Notes: generated by a model not told the origin, from the letters alone. DNA of 32,590 bases from a virus (IMGVR_UViG_3300010273_000008:1-32590), one strand, 5' to 3'. Positions 17,207-26,064 are shown, counted from the stretch's first letter. Made by a program: numbers and translations.

Positions 17207-17695
17207 AACAATAGCCAATGCGGTATTAATTGCTATGCTCACCCCTTCCTGTGACATTTCCTTTTTTATCCAATTTGCCAACTGTATAAAATTGTAAATG
17301 TCATCTTCTGTTATTGTTTCCGCATCAACGGTAATTATGGTAATATCTTCCTTGACTATATCATTTTTGTCATTACTCCACCAACTGCCTACTGTGTCAT
17401 AGTATCTTATATTATTATTGTTATACAAACTTTCTATTTTATTATAACAATAATTTACATAATATCTATTATTTATATGCTTGTCAATATTTACAGTAGA
17501 TGGTATAAATAAACTAATATTGTTTTTGTCCTTATTTATTCTTATATATTCTCCGCCTGCTATGTTACTATATATCCCATCCTCAAACTGAGTTGCCCCT
17601 CCATAAAGCCTGGCGCCTTCTTCAAGTGATGCGACTTTTTTTCTGTCGCTTAAGAAAAAGCTAAAATGGAATTTTTTGGAATCAATTTTTACCAT
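17204..17695 (-). CDS. hypothetical protein, first gene of the left arm
   Basis: GGGAGG RBS; promoter at 17731-17759. Confidence 0.8.
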   Translation of the reverse strand: MVKIDSKKFHFSFFLSDRKKVASLEEGARLYGGATQFEDGIYSNIAGGEYIRINKDKNNISLFIPSTVNIDKHINNRYYVNYCYNKIESLYNNNNIRYYDTVGSWWSNDKNDIVKEDITIITVDAETITEDDIYNFIQLANWIKKEMSQEGVSIAINTALAIV

Positions 17696-17730
17696 TTTAA
17701 GACCTCCCCTGATTATTATTTTATATTAAT

Positions 17731-17759
17731 ATTTTATCGTCTTATATTAATATTGTCAA
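17731..17759 (-). promoter_or_regulatory. sigmaA promoter
   Basis: TTGACA-17bp-TAAAAT. Confidence 0.75.
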
Positions 17760-17798
17760 TAGTAATTTTTAATTTTATATTGCAATTTTATTAACAAT

Positions 17799-17850
17799 TT
17801 ATCCACATTATCCACAGGTAAATATTAAGTTATCCACAGAGTTATCCACA
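17799..17850 (+). promoter_or_regulatory. cluster of four perfect DnaA boxes
   Basis: TTATCCACA at 17799, 17808, 17830, 17842, all in the same orientation. Confidence 0.9.
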
Positions 17851-18612
17851 GGTAAACTCTTTACCCATTCCCGCCCTGTTATTTCGATTGTTAACCTATT
17901 CGTCAACTAAAGTTAACAATTAAGTTAACAATATATTGCCAATTCTTCCCATATTCTTATTCATGGTACAATATCCCATATATACTACTATTTGATGATA
18001 TGCTGTCTACTTATATTCTGCATCTATATTATACTTATAGACAGATTATTGCATCCTATATCCTTATATCCTGCTTTATTACTGCATTCCTGGTTTATTC
18101 ATTATTCCTTATATAATTATTATTATATAAGCAATATTACTTAAATCCGGTATGTTTACAAGTTTTTGGTTACTTTTTAGCCAGCAAGTCAGGGTAGCAC
18201 TTTCATCCATCTACCCACAAAATTTTTACCGATTCAATCCATTTTCTTACAAATCCACTAAAAAATCAATCGTACATCTATCGAACAAATCTAGTGTTCA
18301 TGCATATTTCACAACATCCCAAATATTTCAATTTTACATTTATATATCTATGCCATAATCCTTCAAACATAGTAATATCAATATTTCTAAAGGTTTAATG
18401 TTTAGTATTTGTCGAATGTATTTTTTAGTATTCGTACTAAATCATATAAAATACACTTCAAACTATTATAAAATAAGCATTTATAGACAACTAACACAGT
18501 AAGGTTACGATACATAATATTAATATAAAAAATTTTCATTTTCCTATTGACTATCATAATAAAAGATAGTAATATATTATTGAAGAAAACAACTAACAAA
18601 GGAGATGTTTAT

Positions 18613-19458
18613 ATGGTTAATTTGAATGAATTTAAAAATTATCTTATATCCTGTTCTAAGTCAGAAAATACTATATCTTCTTATATATCTGATTTAGAAC
18701 AATACTTCAGTCAGTATTCTACTTTATCTAGGGAAAACATATTAAAGTATAAGAATTCTCTTTCTAATAGTAGTGCATCTACTATTAATAGAAAACTTAC
18801 TTCTTTAAAACAATATAATGAATATCTTTTATCAACTAAACAAGTAGATGGTATTTATATACTAAAAGAGGATTTTATAAAGCAACAGAGTAAAGGTAAT
18901 CCAACTGATGTAACAACTAAACAAGTAGAAAAATTTCTTGAAAGAGTATTAACTAAGGATGCTGATTATAAGTCACGTAATATAGCAATTATTTATCTTA
19001 TAGCTAACACAGGTATAAGAAGGTCTGAATGTTGTAATCTCCTTCTTAGGAATATTGATTTAGAAAATAATGAAATGATAGTTATAGGTAAAGGCAATAA
19101 AGAAAGAACTGTATTATTAACTGATAAGGTTGTAGAAATATTAAAAAATTATCTTATAGACAGAAATAAATCTAAATATAAGGATAGTCCATATTTATTT
19201 GTGTCTGAACGTGGTAATAAATTATGTCCAGAGACTATAAATGATATTTTTGATTATTATAGTACACCTAAAAATAAGATTAGGCCACATCAGTTAAGGC
19301 ATAATTATGCTTCTACTGTTGTAGAAAATAATATACTTACTTTAACTGAACTACAGAATCAGCTTGGACATAGTAGTATTTCTACAACAGGAATATATAC
19401 TCATGCTAGGAAGGATACTATAAAGAAAAAGATTAATAAATTATGTATTGGTTATTAA
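18613..19458 (+). CDS. XerC/D-like tyrosine recombinase
   Basis: SAM-like N domain (SENTISSYISDL); catalytic R (TGIRRSE), K (GKGNKER), HxxR (HQLRH), H and Y (LGHSSISTTGIY); ATG at 18613 after AAGGAG. Confidence 0.93.
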   Translation: MVNLNEFKNYLISCSKSENTISSYISDLEQYFSQYSTLSRENILKYKNSLSNSSASTINRKLTSLKQYNEYLLSTKQVDGIYILKEDFIKQQSKGNPTDVTTKQVEKFLERVLTKDADYKSRNIAIIYLIANTGIRRSECCNLLLRNIDLENNEMIVIGKGNKERTVLLTDKVVEILKNYLIDRNKSKYKDSPYLFVSERGNKLCPETINDIFDYYSTPKNKIRPHQLRHNYASTVVENNILTLTELQNQLGHSSISTTGIYTHARKDTIKKKINKLCIGY

Positions 19459-19889
19459 TATACCCTCATTTCGCAACTTGCGTTGCTCATTCCCTAAAGG
19501 GAATTATGTAAATATAAATAATATTTTTTCAGGTTGCTTTATAGTATGTTAGAAGTACAATAGTTTAATTTAGCACATAGTATAATAGAGTATATTTCTT
19601 CGTACCTGAAAAAATAAACAACAAAATACTTTGTTGCTTTAGTATGTTAGATTATTTATACCACCCCCTATGCTCAGGACTATCGTCCTTCGCTTCCCCC
19701 TCTAAGGGGGATTGATTATAAATATAATATTGTCAAAATTTATCTTTGATATATAATATAATTAGAGGTGATATTCTTTGCTTGGTTATAGAATCACAAT
19801 ATAATATTATATAATATACAAATTCCGATTTTTTAATATGTAACATGTTTTAAACATAGTATTTGCAATGCTTTTGAGATTTTTAATAC

Positions 19890-19961
19890 TTGCATGACTT
19901 TATGCAAAAATAGGCTGAAATTTGCATGAGTTTATGCAATTGACTACATGAATTTATCAAA
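19890..19961. promoter_or_regulatory. repeated palindromic operator/iteron-like sites
   Basis: TTGCATGACTTTATGCAA (19890), TTGCATGAGTTTATGCAA (19922), degenerate third copy at 19944 next to the RBS. Confidence 0.7.
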
Positions 19962-19976
19962 GGAGGCCATATATGT

Positions 19977-20513
19977 ATGTACAAGAGAATAACTTCTATA
20001 GATGAAGGTGGTGTAATACTTAATACGAAAGATTTTAAGTATACTATTTTCGATAATGAAAAAGGTTATTTATTCAGAAATCAAGCGTATTACTATAAAG
20101 GATTTAAACGTGAAAATAAGTTATCAGATATAGTTACTGATTTTAATGATTTGGGTCGTTTGCTTGTGTTGGCTGAACATACATATGCAGATACAAACAT
20201 GATTGCTTATTATAAAAATAAAAAATATTATCCTGCTGGAATAAAAGAAATATCAGAAATGATTAAATTGTGCGAAAGAAATACTAAGGATTTTCTAAAA
20301 AGAATGATGGATTTGGGAATTATTGCTAAAGCTATAATAAATACAAATGAACAAATTGAAGTTCAATATTATCTTAATCCATTGTATTTTATTTCAAGTA
20401 AATATTTAAGTCCAGGATTGTATATGTTGTTCAGAAAACAATTAGACAAAGTTTTACCTGCGTGGGTAATACAAAAATTTAATGAATGTATTAACGCTGC
20501 TAAAAAAGGGTAA
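19977..20513 (+). CDS. RepL-like winged-helix DNA-binding/replication protein
   Basis: IKEISEMIKLCERNTKDFLKRMMDLGII HTH followed by YYLNPLYF wing motif; AAGGAGG RBS. Confidence 0.6.
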   Translation: MYKRITSIDEGGVILNTKDFKYTIFDNEKGYLFRNQAYYYKGFKRENKLSDIVTDFNDLGRLLVLAEHTYADTNMIAYYKNKKYYPAGIKEISEMIKLCERNTKDFLKRMMDLGIIAKAIINTNEQIEVQYYLNPLYFISSKYLSPGLYMLFRKQLDKVLPAWVIQKFNECINAAKKG

Positions 20514-20522
20514 TACTATATA

Positions 20523-20687
20523 ATGGGAGTATATATGATTAAAAATAAAATAAATAATAAAATTTATGTTGGTAGTCCAACAGATGTTCAAAGGAGATTA
20601 AAAACCCATATCAATGATTTGAATAAATATGGTAAGAATAATTTTGAGTTTAGCGTTCTGGAAGAGTGTGATAATTCTTTATCTTAA
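20523..20687 (+). pseudogene. GIY-YIG homing endonuclease remnant
   Basis: MGVYMIKNKINNKIYVGS..RRLKTH..KYGKNNFEFSVLEEC*; internal deletion and truncation. Confidence 0.8.
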
Positions 20688-20775
20688 TCCCTACTATGTT
20701 GCTGGTAGCAGAAATATAGATCAATTTGTATACTCATTATTCAATGAAAATTTATAAAATATTAATATAAAATTG

Positions 20776-20804
20776 TTGACAAAATAAAAACTACCTGCTA
20801 TAAT
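20776..20804 (+). promoter_or_regulatory. consensus sigmaA promoter for the RNA polymerase operon
   Basis: TTGACA-17bp-TATAAT with extended TG. Confidence 0.85.
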
Positions 20805-20961
20805 AAAATTGGGAATTGACATTTATAAAAGAAAGAAGGTGATATATAACTAATACAAATTAATTTGGATAATTTTTATAAAAATATTACTTTATGAAAA
20901 TAATTTGTCTAAAATAGAATGTTTAAGCGTATGAAGGTTTTAGGAAAGGAGTTAATATATT

Positions 20962-21348
20962 ATGCCTAGAGAAAGGAAACCTGGTCAGGTTGTGAAGATA
21001 AAAGAATCGCAAAAAGGATATGTCATCATAAACGAAAAACTAAGACTGAGAGTGGAAACTGATTGTTTAACATTGGAAGAATTATTAGGAAATAATAAAG
21101 AAACTGGCGAAGATACATACGGTAATTATAAGTATTTCACTTCATGGAATGGTGTATTAGATTATTTAATAAAAAAATTTACTGCTGAAAAAATAGGTCG
21201 AAGAAAAATACTGACTTTTCAAGAAGCAAAACAAGAGATTTTGGACAGCATTAAAAAAGTAAAACAGGTTTTGCTTGGTGAAATTGAACAACAAATAAAA
21301 AGCGCAAACGATGAGATTAAAAATGTAATTAACAAATTCAATAGATAA
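20962..21348 (+). CDS. hypothetical phage protein
   Basis: AAAGGAG RBS. Confidence 0.8.
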   Translation: MPRERKPGQVVKIKESQKGYVIINEKLRLRVETDCLTLEELLGNNKETGEDTYGNYKYFTSWNGVLDYLIKKFTAEKIGRRKILTFQEAKQEILDSIKKVKQVLLGEIEQQIKSANDEIKNVINKFNR

Positions 21349-21377
21349 AATATTAATATAATATTGGAGGTTATATT

Positions 21378-21713
21378 ATGAAAATAGATTTATACGGTAA
21401 ACTTAAAATGAATGATAGTGGTGAATACATAATAGACAAAACTAATCTGACTAAAGTATTAAAAAAAATATATTATAGTAAGCGTCCTTTCTTATCTATT
21501 ACAGTCGAATCAGAAACCAGAACATTGTTTAAATCTAAAGGCGAATTATATTTTGATAAAGATGATTATGGAATTTGGTGTTGGCATGTAAACGGAGAAT
21601 GTTTAGAATCTGTATTATTCAATCACACAGAAGAAGTAGTGTATATTATCATAGATACAAATGCGGAAGCGGAGGATGCACAGGATGAAATACAGGAACT
21701 TATATATACATGA
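21378..21713 (+). CDS. hypothetical phage protein
   Basis: GGAGG RBS. Confidence 0.8.
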   Translation: MKIDLYGKLKMNDSGEYIIDKTNLTKVLKKIYYSKRPFLSITVESETRTLFKSKGELYFDKDDYGIWCWHVNGECLESVLFNHTEEVVYIIIDTNAEAEDAQDEIQELIYT

Positions 21714-21879
21714 GTTAGACAACAATGCCAATGCCATAATTACATCTCCTAAAACTCAATATTGTGTAAAGTGCGGTAAAAAACTAAATAAAAATAGTTT
21801 GGATAGATTTTGTGATAGCGAATGTCGTAAAGAATATTTTGCTGAAATAAGAAAAGATATTGATTCATTAGAAATTTAG
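21685..21879 (+). CDS. small zinc-ribbon protein
   Basis: CVKCG..RFCDSEC; GGAGG RBS before ATG at 21685. Confidence 0.7.
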   Translation: MKYRNLYIHELDNNANAIITSPKTQYCVKCGKKLNKNSLDRFCDSECRKEYFAEIRKDIDSLEI

Positions 21880-21890
21880 GGAGGCATTGT

Positions 21891-22055
21891 ATGAGAAGTG
21901 GAATATTGCCAAATGGTAAAAAAGATAGAGAACATACTCAATGGGAGATACATAACAAAAAAGAGCAGTATAAGAAATATGAGTATATAGACATTTATCA
22001 AAACGGAGAACTCCATGATTTCTATAAAACAATCAAAAATAAGCCGATAAATTAA
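21891..22055 (+). CDS. small hypothetical protein (54 aa, not in track)
   Basis: GGGAGG RBS; stop inside junction site 22047. Confidence 0.65.
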   Translation: MRSGILPNGKKDREHTQWEIHNKKEQYKKYEYIDIYQNGELHDFYKTIKNKPIN

Positions 22056-22082
22056 AAGTTTTATTTAAAGTGGAGGTTATAT

Positions 22083-22259
22083 ATGAAAAAATTCTTACAT
22101 TTGTTTGTTGGAAGTATGTGTATTATTGGATTTGTTAATAGTATGGTTTTGTGTTATAAATATGATTCAAATTGGAAAATATCATTGTTCTGCATATTTA
22201 TGGGACTAGTAAGTTGTATGGCTGCTATTTCTGAAATAAAAGAGTATTTAAAAAAATAA
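22083..22259 (+). CDS. small two-helix membrane protein (58 aa, not in track)
   Basis: GGAGG RBS; two hydrophobic segments. Confidence 0.65.
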   Translation: MKKFLHLFVGSMCIIGFVNSMVLCYKYDSNWKISLFCIFMGLVSCMAAISEIKEYLKK

Positions 22260-22473
22260 TTTAATATTGGAAGAATATTTTGTGCTACTTGCAGTATTAG
22301 TATTTACTATTTTAGTTTGTGCTACAAATAGCTTTGTGCTTGGTAGTATATTCTTTATCTTGCTACTGTTGTTGTTTTAATCAGGAACATTTGGTATGTA
22401 TTTAACATTAATTATATTGTTCTTGTTTTTAGTATATTTACTAAATCATAAATAAAATTGGAGGATTGATATT

Positions 22474-24912
22474 ATTATAGCACCAAAATTATACAAAACA
22501 TATAAGTTTAATATATCACAAATTCATAACCAAAAAATTACTATAAAAAAACGTGATTTAGATAAATATTTAGTACAAGATTTTGATAATCAGTTGTTTA
22601 GGATTATTAGAAATATAACAGGTAACCATATTAGCAATATAATCAATGAAATTATAATTGATACTAAAGGTAAAAAAGATGAATTAGAAGCAATACTAAA
22701 CAATGGTATTACTTTCAATAAGAGAAAATATTTGTATTATGGTAAAAATGCAAGTATGAGTAGAAATGGTATTATAGCTTTGATAGATGAAGCAATTATA
22801 GAAGAAGTTAATAAATATGCTATGATGGATATTAGACTTGATAAAGTTGTTTTGAGTAAATTTGAAGCACAAAAGCATTTATTAATGTCATCATGTCATT
22901 TTATTGAAAATTGGATACCATATATAGTAATCATTAAAGACTATAAAACTATAATACCTAATCAGCATATTAAATATGTTGTTGATGTAGAAAAAGAATA
23001 TGTTGATAAAGAAACTGGTGAAATAAAAAAATATATAGAAAAGACAATACAAGAAGGTTATAAAGATATTGAGATATGTCCTGCCGATGGTGCAGGTATA
23101 CATTCCCCTGAAATGTCGGAATATATACATAAACAATTGAATTTAAAGTATAAACCTTGTTTATATCAAATAAGGATGCCTTATTTAAAGGGTATTTCGG
23201 TAGAAGTAGATTTTAAAAAATATTTTAAAGAACATGGAGTAAGTGAAATAATTGATTATTGGGGTAATACTCATTCTATAGAAAAAATTGATGCGATATG
23301 GACAGATAATATGTTCAAGGGAGTAAAATATTTCAAGGACTGGAATGAGTATTTGGAAAAGTTTAAGAAGTATAATCATGTATTTGGTATTAGTAAATGG
23401 AATTATAGCGATAAAGAAGAACCTAAATACATTCAAACTAATTATCAGTGCTTACAAACATTAGACTTGCCTAAAGAAGAATTTATAAAAATTGCAGACT
23501 ATTCAAAGCAATGGGTTGAAAGAATATTGTCGGGAGATTTACTTTATTTGTTGAAATTTTTAGGCAAAGATGAAGATAGTAGCAAATATATAAAAGCAAT
23601 TAGAAAAAATCCAGATATGATTAAAGACCCTGCTGTACAAGCATATGTAAGAGGATTACTCAAAGGTTTTATTAAAGAAATGAAGTTGGGTAAGCTTTTA
23701 ATACATGGTTCATACAAATTTCTTATCCCTGATTTAGAAGGGTTTATGCAACATGCTGGCGGTTTACAAGTTACTGGCTGTTTAAAAGCAGGAGAATTTT
23801 ATAGTAAAGGCTTACATGGCGAACACTTAATAAATAGAAATCCTCACATAACACCGAGTGAACATGCAATATTAAATGCAGTAGAAAATGACTTTACAAA
23901 AAAGTATTGTAAGCATTTATCAAATGTTTGCATGTTGAATTTTCATGATATAACAAGTAAGAGATTAAACGGTGCTGATTTTGATGGGGATGGGGTTATA
24001 GTAACTGATGATAAGATAATGATGTCTGGTGTACATAGGGATTTGCCTATTGTAATTGATATAGATGATAAAATAACTGCATTGGAAGCAGAATATACAA
24101 AAGAAAATATTGTTAAATATACATTGATGTCTTTAACTTCTGATGTTGGTGAGATAAGTAATTGTGCAACAGGATATTTGAACAAAATACCAAGAAATGA
24201 AAAATGGGCTAAAATTTATAAAGACTATGTGTGTTTATTGTCAGTAATAAATGGTAAAGAAATAGATTATGCTAAAACAGGAGTAAAATGGAATATTCCA
24301 CGCAAGATTGCAAAATATTCAAAACCTCTGCCCTATTTTTTAAAGTATAAGTATGAAGGATTGAAAAAGTTTAATAATGCACCAAGTAATATGAATTATT
24401 TGTGTTGGAATATAGAACGATGGGAAAAATCCCTATATCAGATTAAAACCGAAAATACTTTTGATTTGTTGTATAACGCATATATTCCATTTGATGAATA
24501 TAAGTTTAAAAAGATTTATGCTTTATATGAAAAGTTTGTAAAAGAGCGAAACTATTTAAAAGAACAAGAAAGAATTATAAAAAATAGACAGCATCCATTT
24601 TACGATAGTTTTACATATGATTTATCTTTAGATGAAATACAAAATACCAAAATTGACTTTAGTAAGTTTTATAATACTTTTAAGAAAAAAGCATTGAAAA
24701 TATGTCCTAACAAACAAGAATTAGCCAATTATGCTGTGAAAATTGTATATGAAATGCATCCAAACAGAGATAAGTCTTTCGCTTGGGTAATAGCAGAAGA
24801 AGGTTTGCTAAAAAATTTAAAACCAAGCAATAAAATTTTTAATATAAAAGAAACTAATGAAAGAGAAGGCTGTGAATATCTTGGAAGGTGGTATAAAATA
24901 ATAGAACTATGA
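22474..24912 (+). CDS. yonO: YonO-like single-subunit double-psi-barrel DNA-dependent RNA polymerase
   Basis: ADGAG, QIRMPYLKG, INRNPH and catalytic GADFDGD motifs; frame open from 22456; start position uncertain (ATT/ATA after GGAGG versus TTG at 22594). Confidence 0.88.
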   Translation: MIAPKLYKTYKFNISQIHNQKITIKKRDLDKYLVQDFDNQLFRIIRNITGNHISNIINEIIIDTKGKKDELEAILNNGITFNKRKYLYYGKNASMSRNGIIALIDEAIIEEVNKYAMMDIRLDKVVLSKFEAQKHLLMSSCHFIENWIPYIVIIKDYKTIIPNQHIKYVVDVEKEYVDKETGEIKKYIEKTIQEGYKDIEICPADGAGIHSPEMSEYIHKQLNLKYKPCLYQIRMPYLKGISVEVDFKKYFKEHGVSEIIDYWGNTHSIEKIDAIWTDNMFKGVKYFKDWNEYLEKFKKYNHVFGISKWNYSDKEEPKYIQTNYQCLQTLDLPKEEFIKIADYSKQWVERILSGDLLYLLKFLGKDEDSSKYIKAIRKNPDMIKDPAVQAYVRGLLKGFIKEMKLGKLLIHGSYKFLIPDLEGFMQHAGGLQVTGCLKAGEFYSKGLHGEHLINRNPHITPSEHAILNAVENDFTKKYCKHLSNVCMLNFHDITSKRLNGADFDGDGVIVTDDKIMMSGVHRDLPIVIDIDDKITALEAEYTKENIVKYTLMSLTSDVGEISNCATGYLNKIPRNEKWAKIYKDYVCLLSVINGKEIDYAKTGVKWNIPRKIAKYSKPLPYFLKYKYEGLKKFNNAPSNMNYLCWNIERWEKSLYQIKTENTFDLLYNAYIPFDEYKFKKIYALYEKFVKERNYLKEQERIIKNRQHPFYDSFTYDLSLDEIQNTKIDFSKFYNTFKKKALKICPNKQELANYAVKIVYEMHPNRDKSFAWVIAEEGLLKNLKPSNKIFNIKETNEREGCEYLGRWYKIIEL

Positions 24913-25751
24913 TCATATTTGATGAAAAAGAATATGCCTTAAAATTATTACAAGGCGGATATATTAGAAAAAATAAAAAACTTAAAGATATTTTTATCTT
25001 AGCTAAATATTTTAAAAATCAAGGGATGAGTCAATTGCAAGCTTGTAAAGAAGTATTAAGATTTATAAATAAGTTTGATGATACTATTTACTCATATATA
25101 AAATATCAATTAAAAAAGTACGCAATTAAAACTGTAAAAAACGCTTATATGAATAATTACACTTTAAGATTTAATGAAAAAATTGAACTGACTGAACAAG
25201 AATTAAAGAGTATTTCAGAATTAAAAACCATTGGTGAAAAACAAATAATGTTTGTATTATTAGTATTAAATAAATTTTATAGTAATAATGTTAATAATTT
25301 TTATGTAAGTTATAAAGATATTTTTGAATTCACAAAATTAAAATATCAAACTAATAATATAAAAAATATATTTAGTAGATTAATAAATAAAAAATATATA
25401 TCTGTTGTAAACAATTATAAACAAGCTGCAATTACAAAATTAAGGCATATTAGTATTTATAAAAGGTTATACTTTCAAGTTAATATAAAACCATGTAACA
25501 ATGTAATTTATGTCATTAGAAATTTTGATAATTTAATGAGTGATTTTGCAAAATGTATGAAATTAATTGATGGTGGTACATATTGTGCAATTTGTGGTAT
25601 GCCAATCAAGCAAACATCAAACCGTAGAAAATATTGCAGTAGTTGTTGGAAGGATAAAGAATTGGAGCGACAAAGGATTAAATGGCATAAATATAAAAAC
25701 AGATATAGACCTGCTACCGCTTTAGAAAATCCCGCAAACCTGCATGAATAG
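24909..25751 (+). CDS. basic hypothetical protein with C-terminal zinc ribbon, coupled to the RNAP gene
   Basis: ATGA overlap; CAICG..KYCSSC. Confidence 0.8.
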   Translation: MIIFDEKEYALKLLQGGYIRKNKKLKDIFILAKYFKNQGMSQLQACKEVLRFINKFDDTIYSYIKYQLKKYAIKTVKNAYMNNYTLRFNEKIELTEQELKSISELKTIGEKQIMFVLLVLNKFYSNNVNNFYVSYKDIFEFTKLKYQTNNIKNIFSRLINKKYISVVNNYKQAAITKLRHISIYKRLYFQVNIKPCNNVIYVIRNFDNLMSDFAKCMKLIDGGTYCAICGMPIKQTSNRRKYCSSCWKDKELERQRIKWHKYKNRYRPATALENPANLHE

Positions 25752-26064
25752 CGGATTTTGGGCAATTTTTTTATAAAAAATAACATTTTTCTATTCTATG
25801 GAATAGAATATTAATATAATAATAAAAGTCGTTTTGACAGCTTAAATCGAGAAAGTGATGGTGAAAACCATAATACACTCGATAAGGTAGTTCTGGTAAT
25901 ACCAGACTGAAACTCTATGCACAAAAACCGCATAGACTACCTAGTATGCAGGTAGCAAAAAAACCACAACCAATCAAAATGTGGAGCTAACAAAATATAG
26001 GGTATGTCCTGTCGAGATGATAGTACCTCTACCCTACCCTATTTTATGCGAAAGGAGTATATAT

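Larger units (their letters stand above)
2787..17882 (-). repeat. polarised dispersed heptamer ATAACAG (CTGTTAT on + strand), about 50 copies
   Basis: Counted by eye; all in one orientation, coding and intergenic, first at 2787 and last at 17876. Confidence 0.85.

Noticed and set aside
17799-17850. Chromosomal oriC
   Set aside because: No dnaA, dnaN, rpmH or gidA nearby; context is entirely phage-like.
2412-18358. Plus-strand track ORFs in the left arm (2412, 3221, 3385, 3585, 3620, 4084, 4353, 5771, 6262, 7318, 8273, 8914, 11764, 12273, 14843, 18152)
   Set aside because: Antisense shadows of RBS-bearing genes or tRNAs, or non-coding DNA; no SD and atypical composition.
18613-19458. Catalytically dead recombinase-fold repressor like SPbeta MrpR, or a true IntI
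   Set aside because: All R-K-H-R-H-Y residues are present; no IntI-specific insertion or attC-like sites recognised.
22474-24912. RNA-virus or eukaryotic RNAi RdRP, or host RpoC
   Set aside because: Size, GADFDGD context and synteny with terminase genes fit the YonO class.
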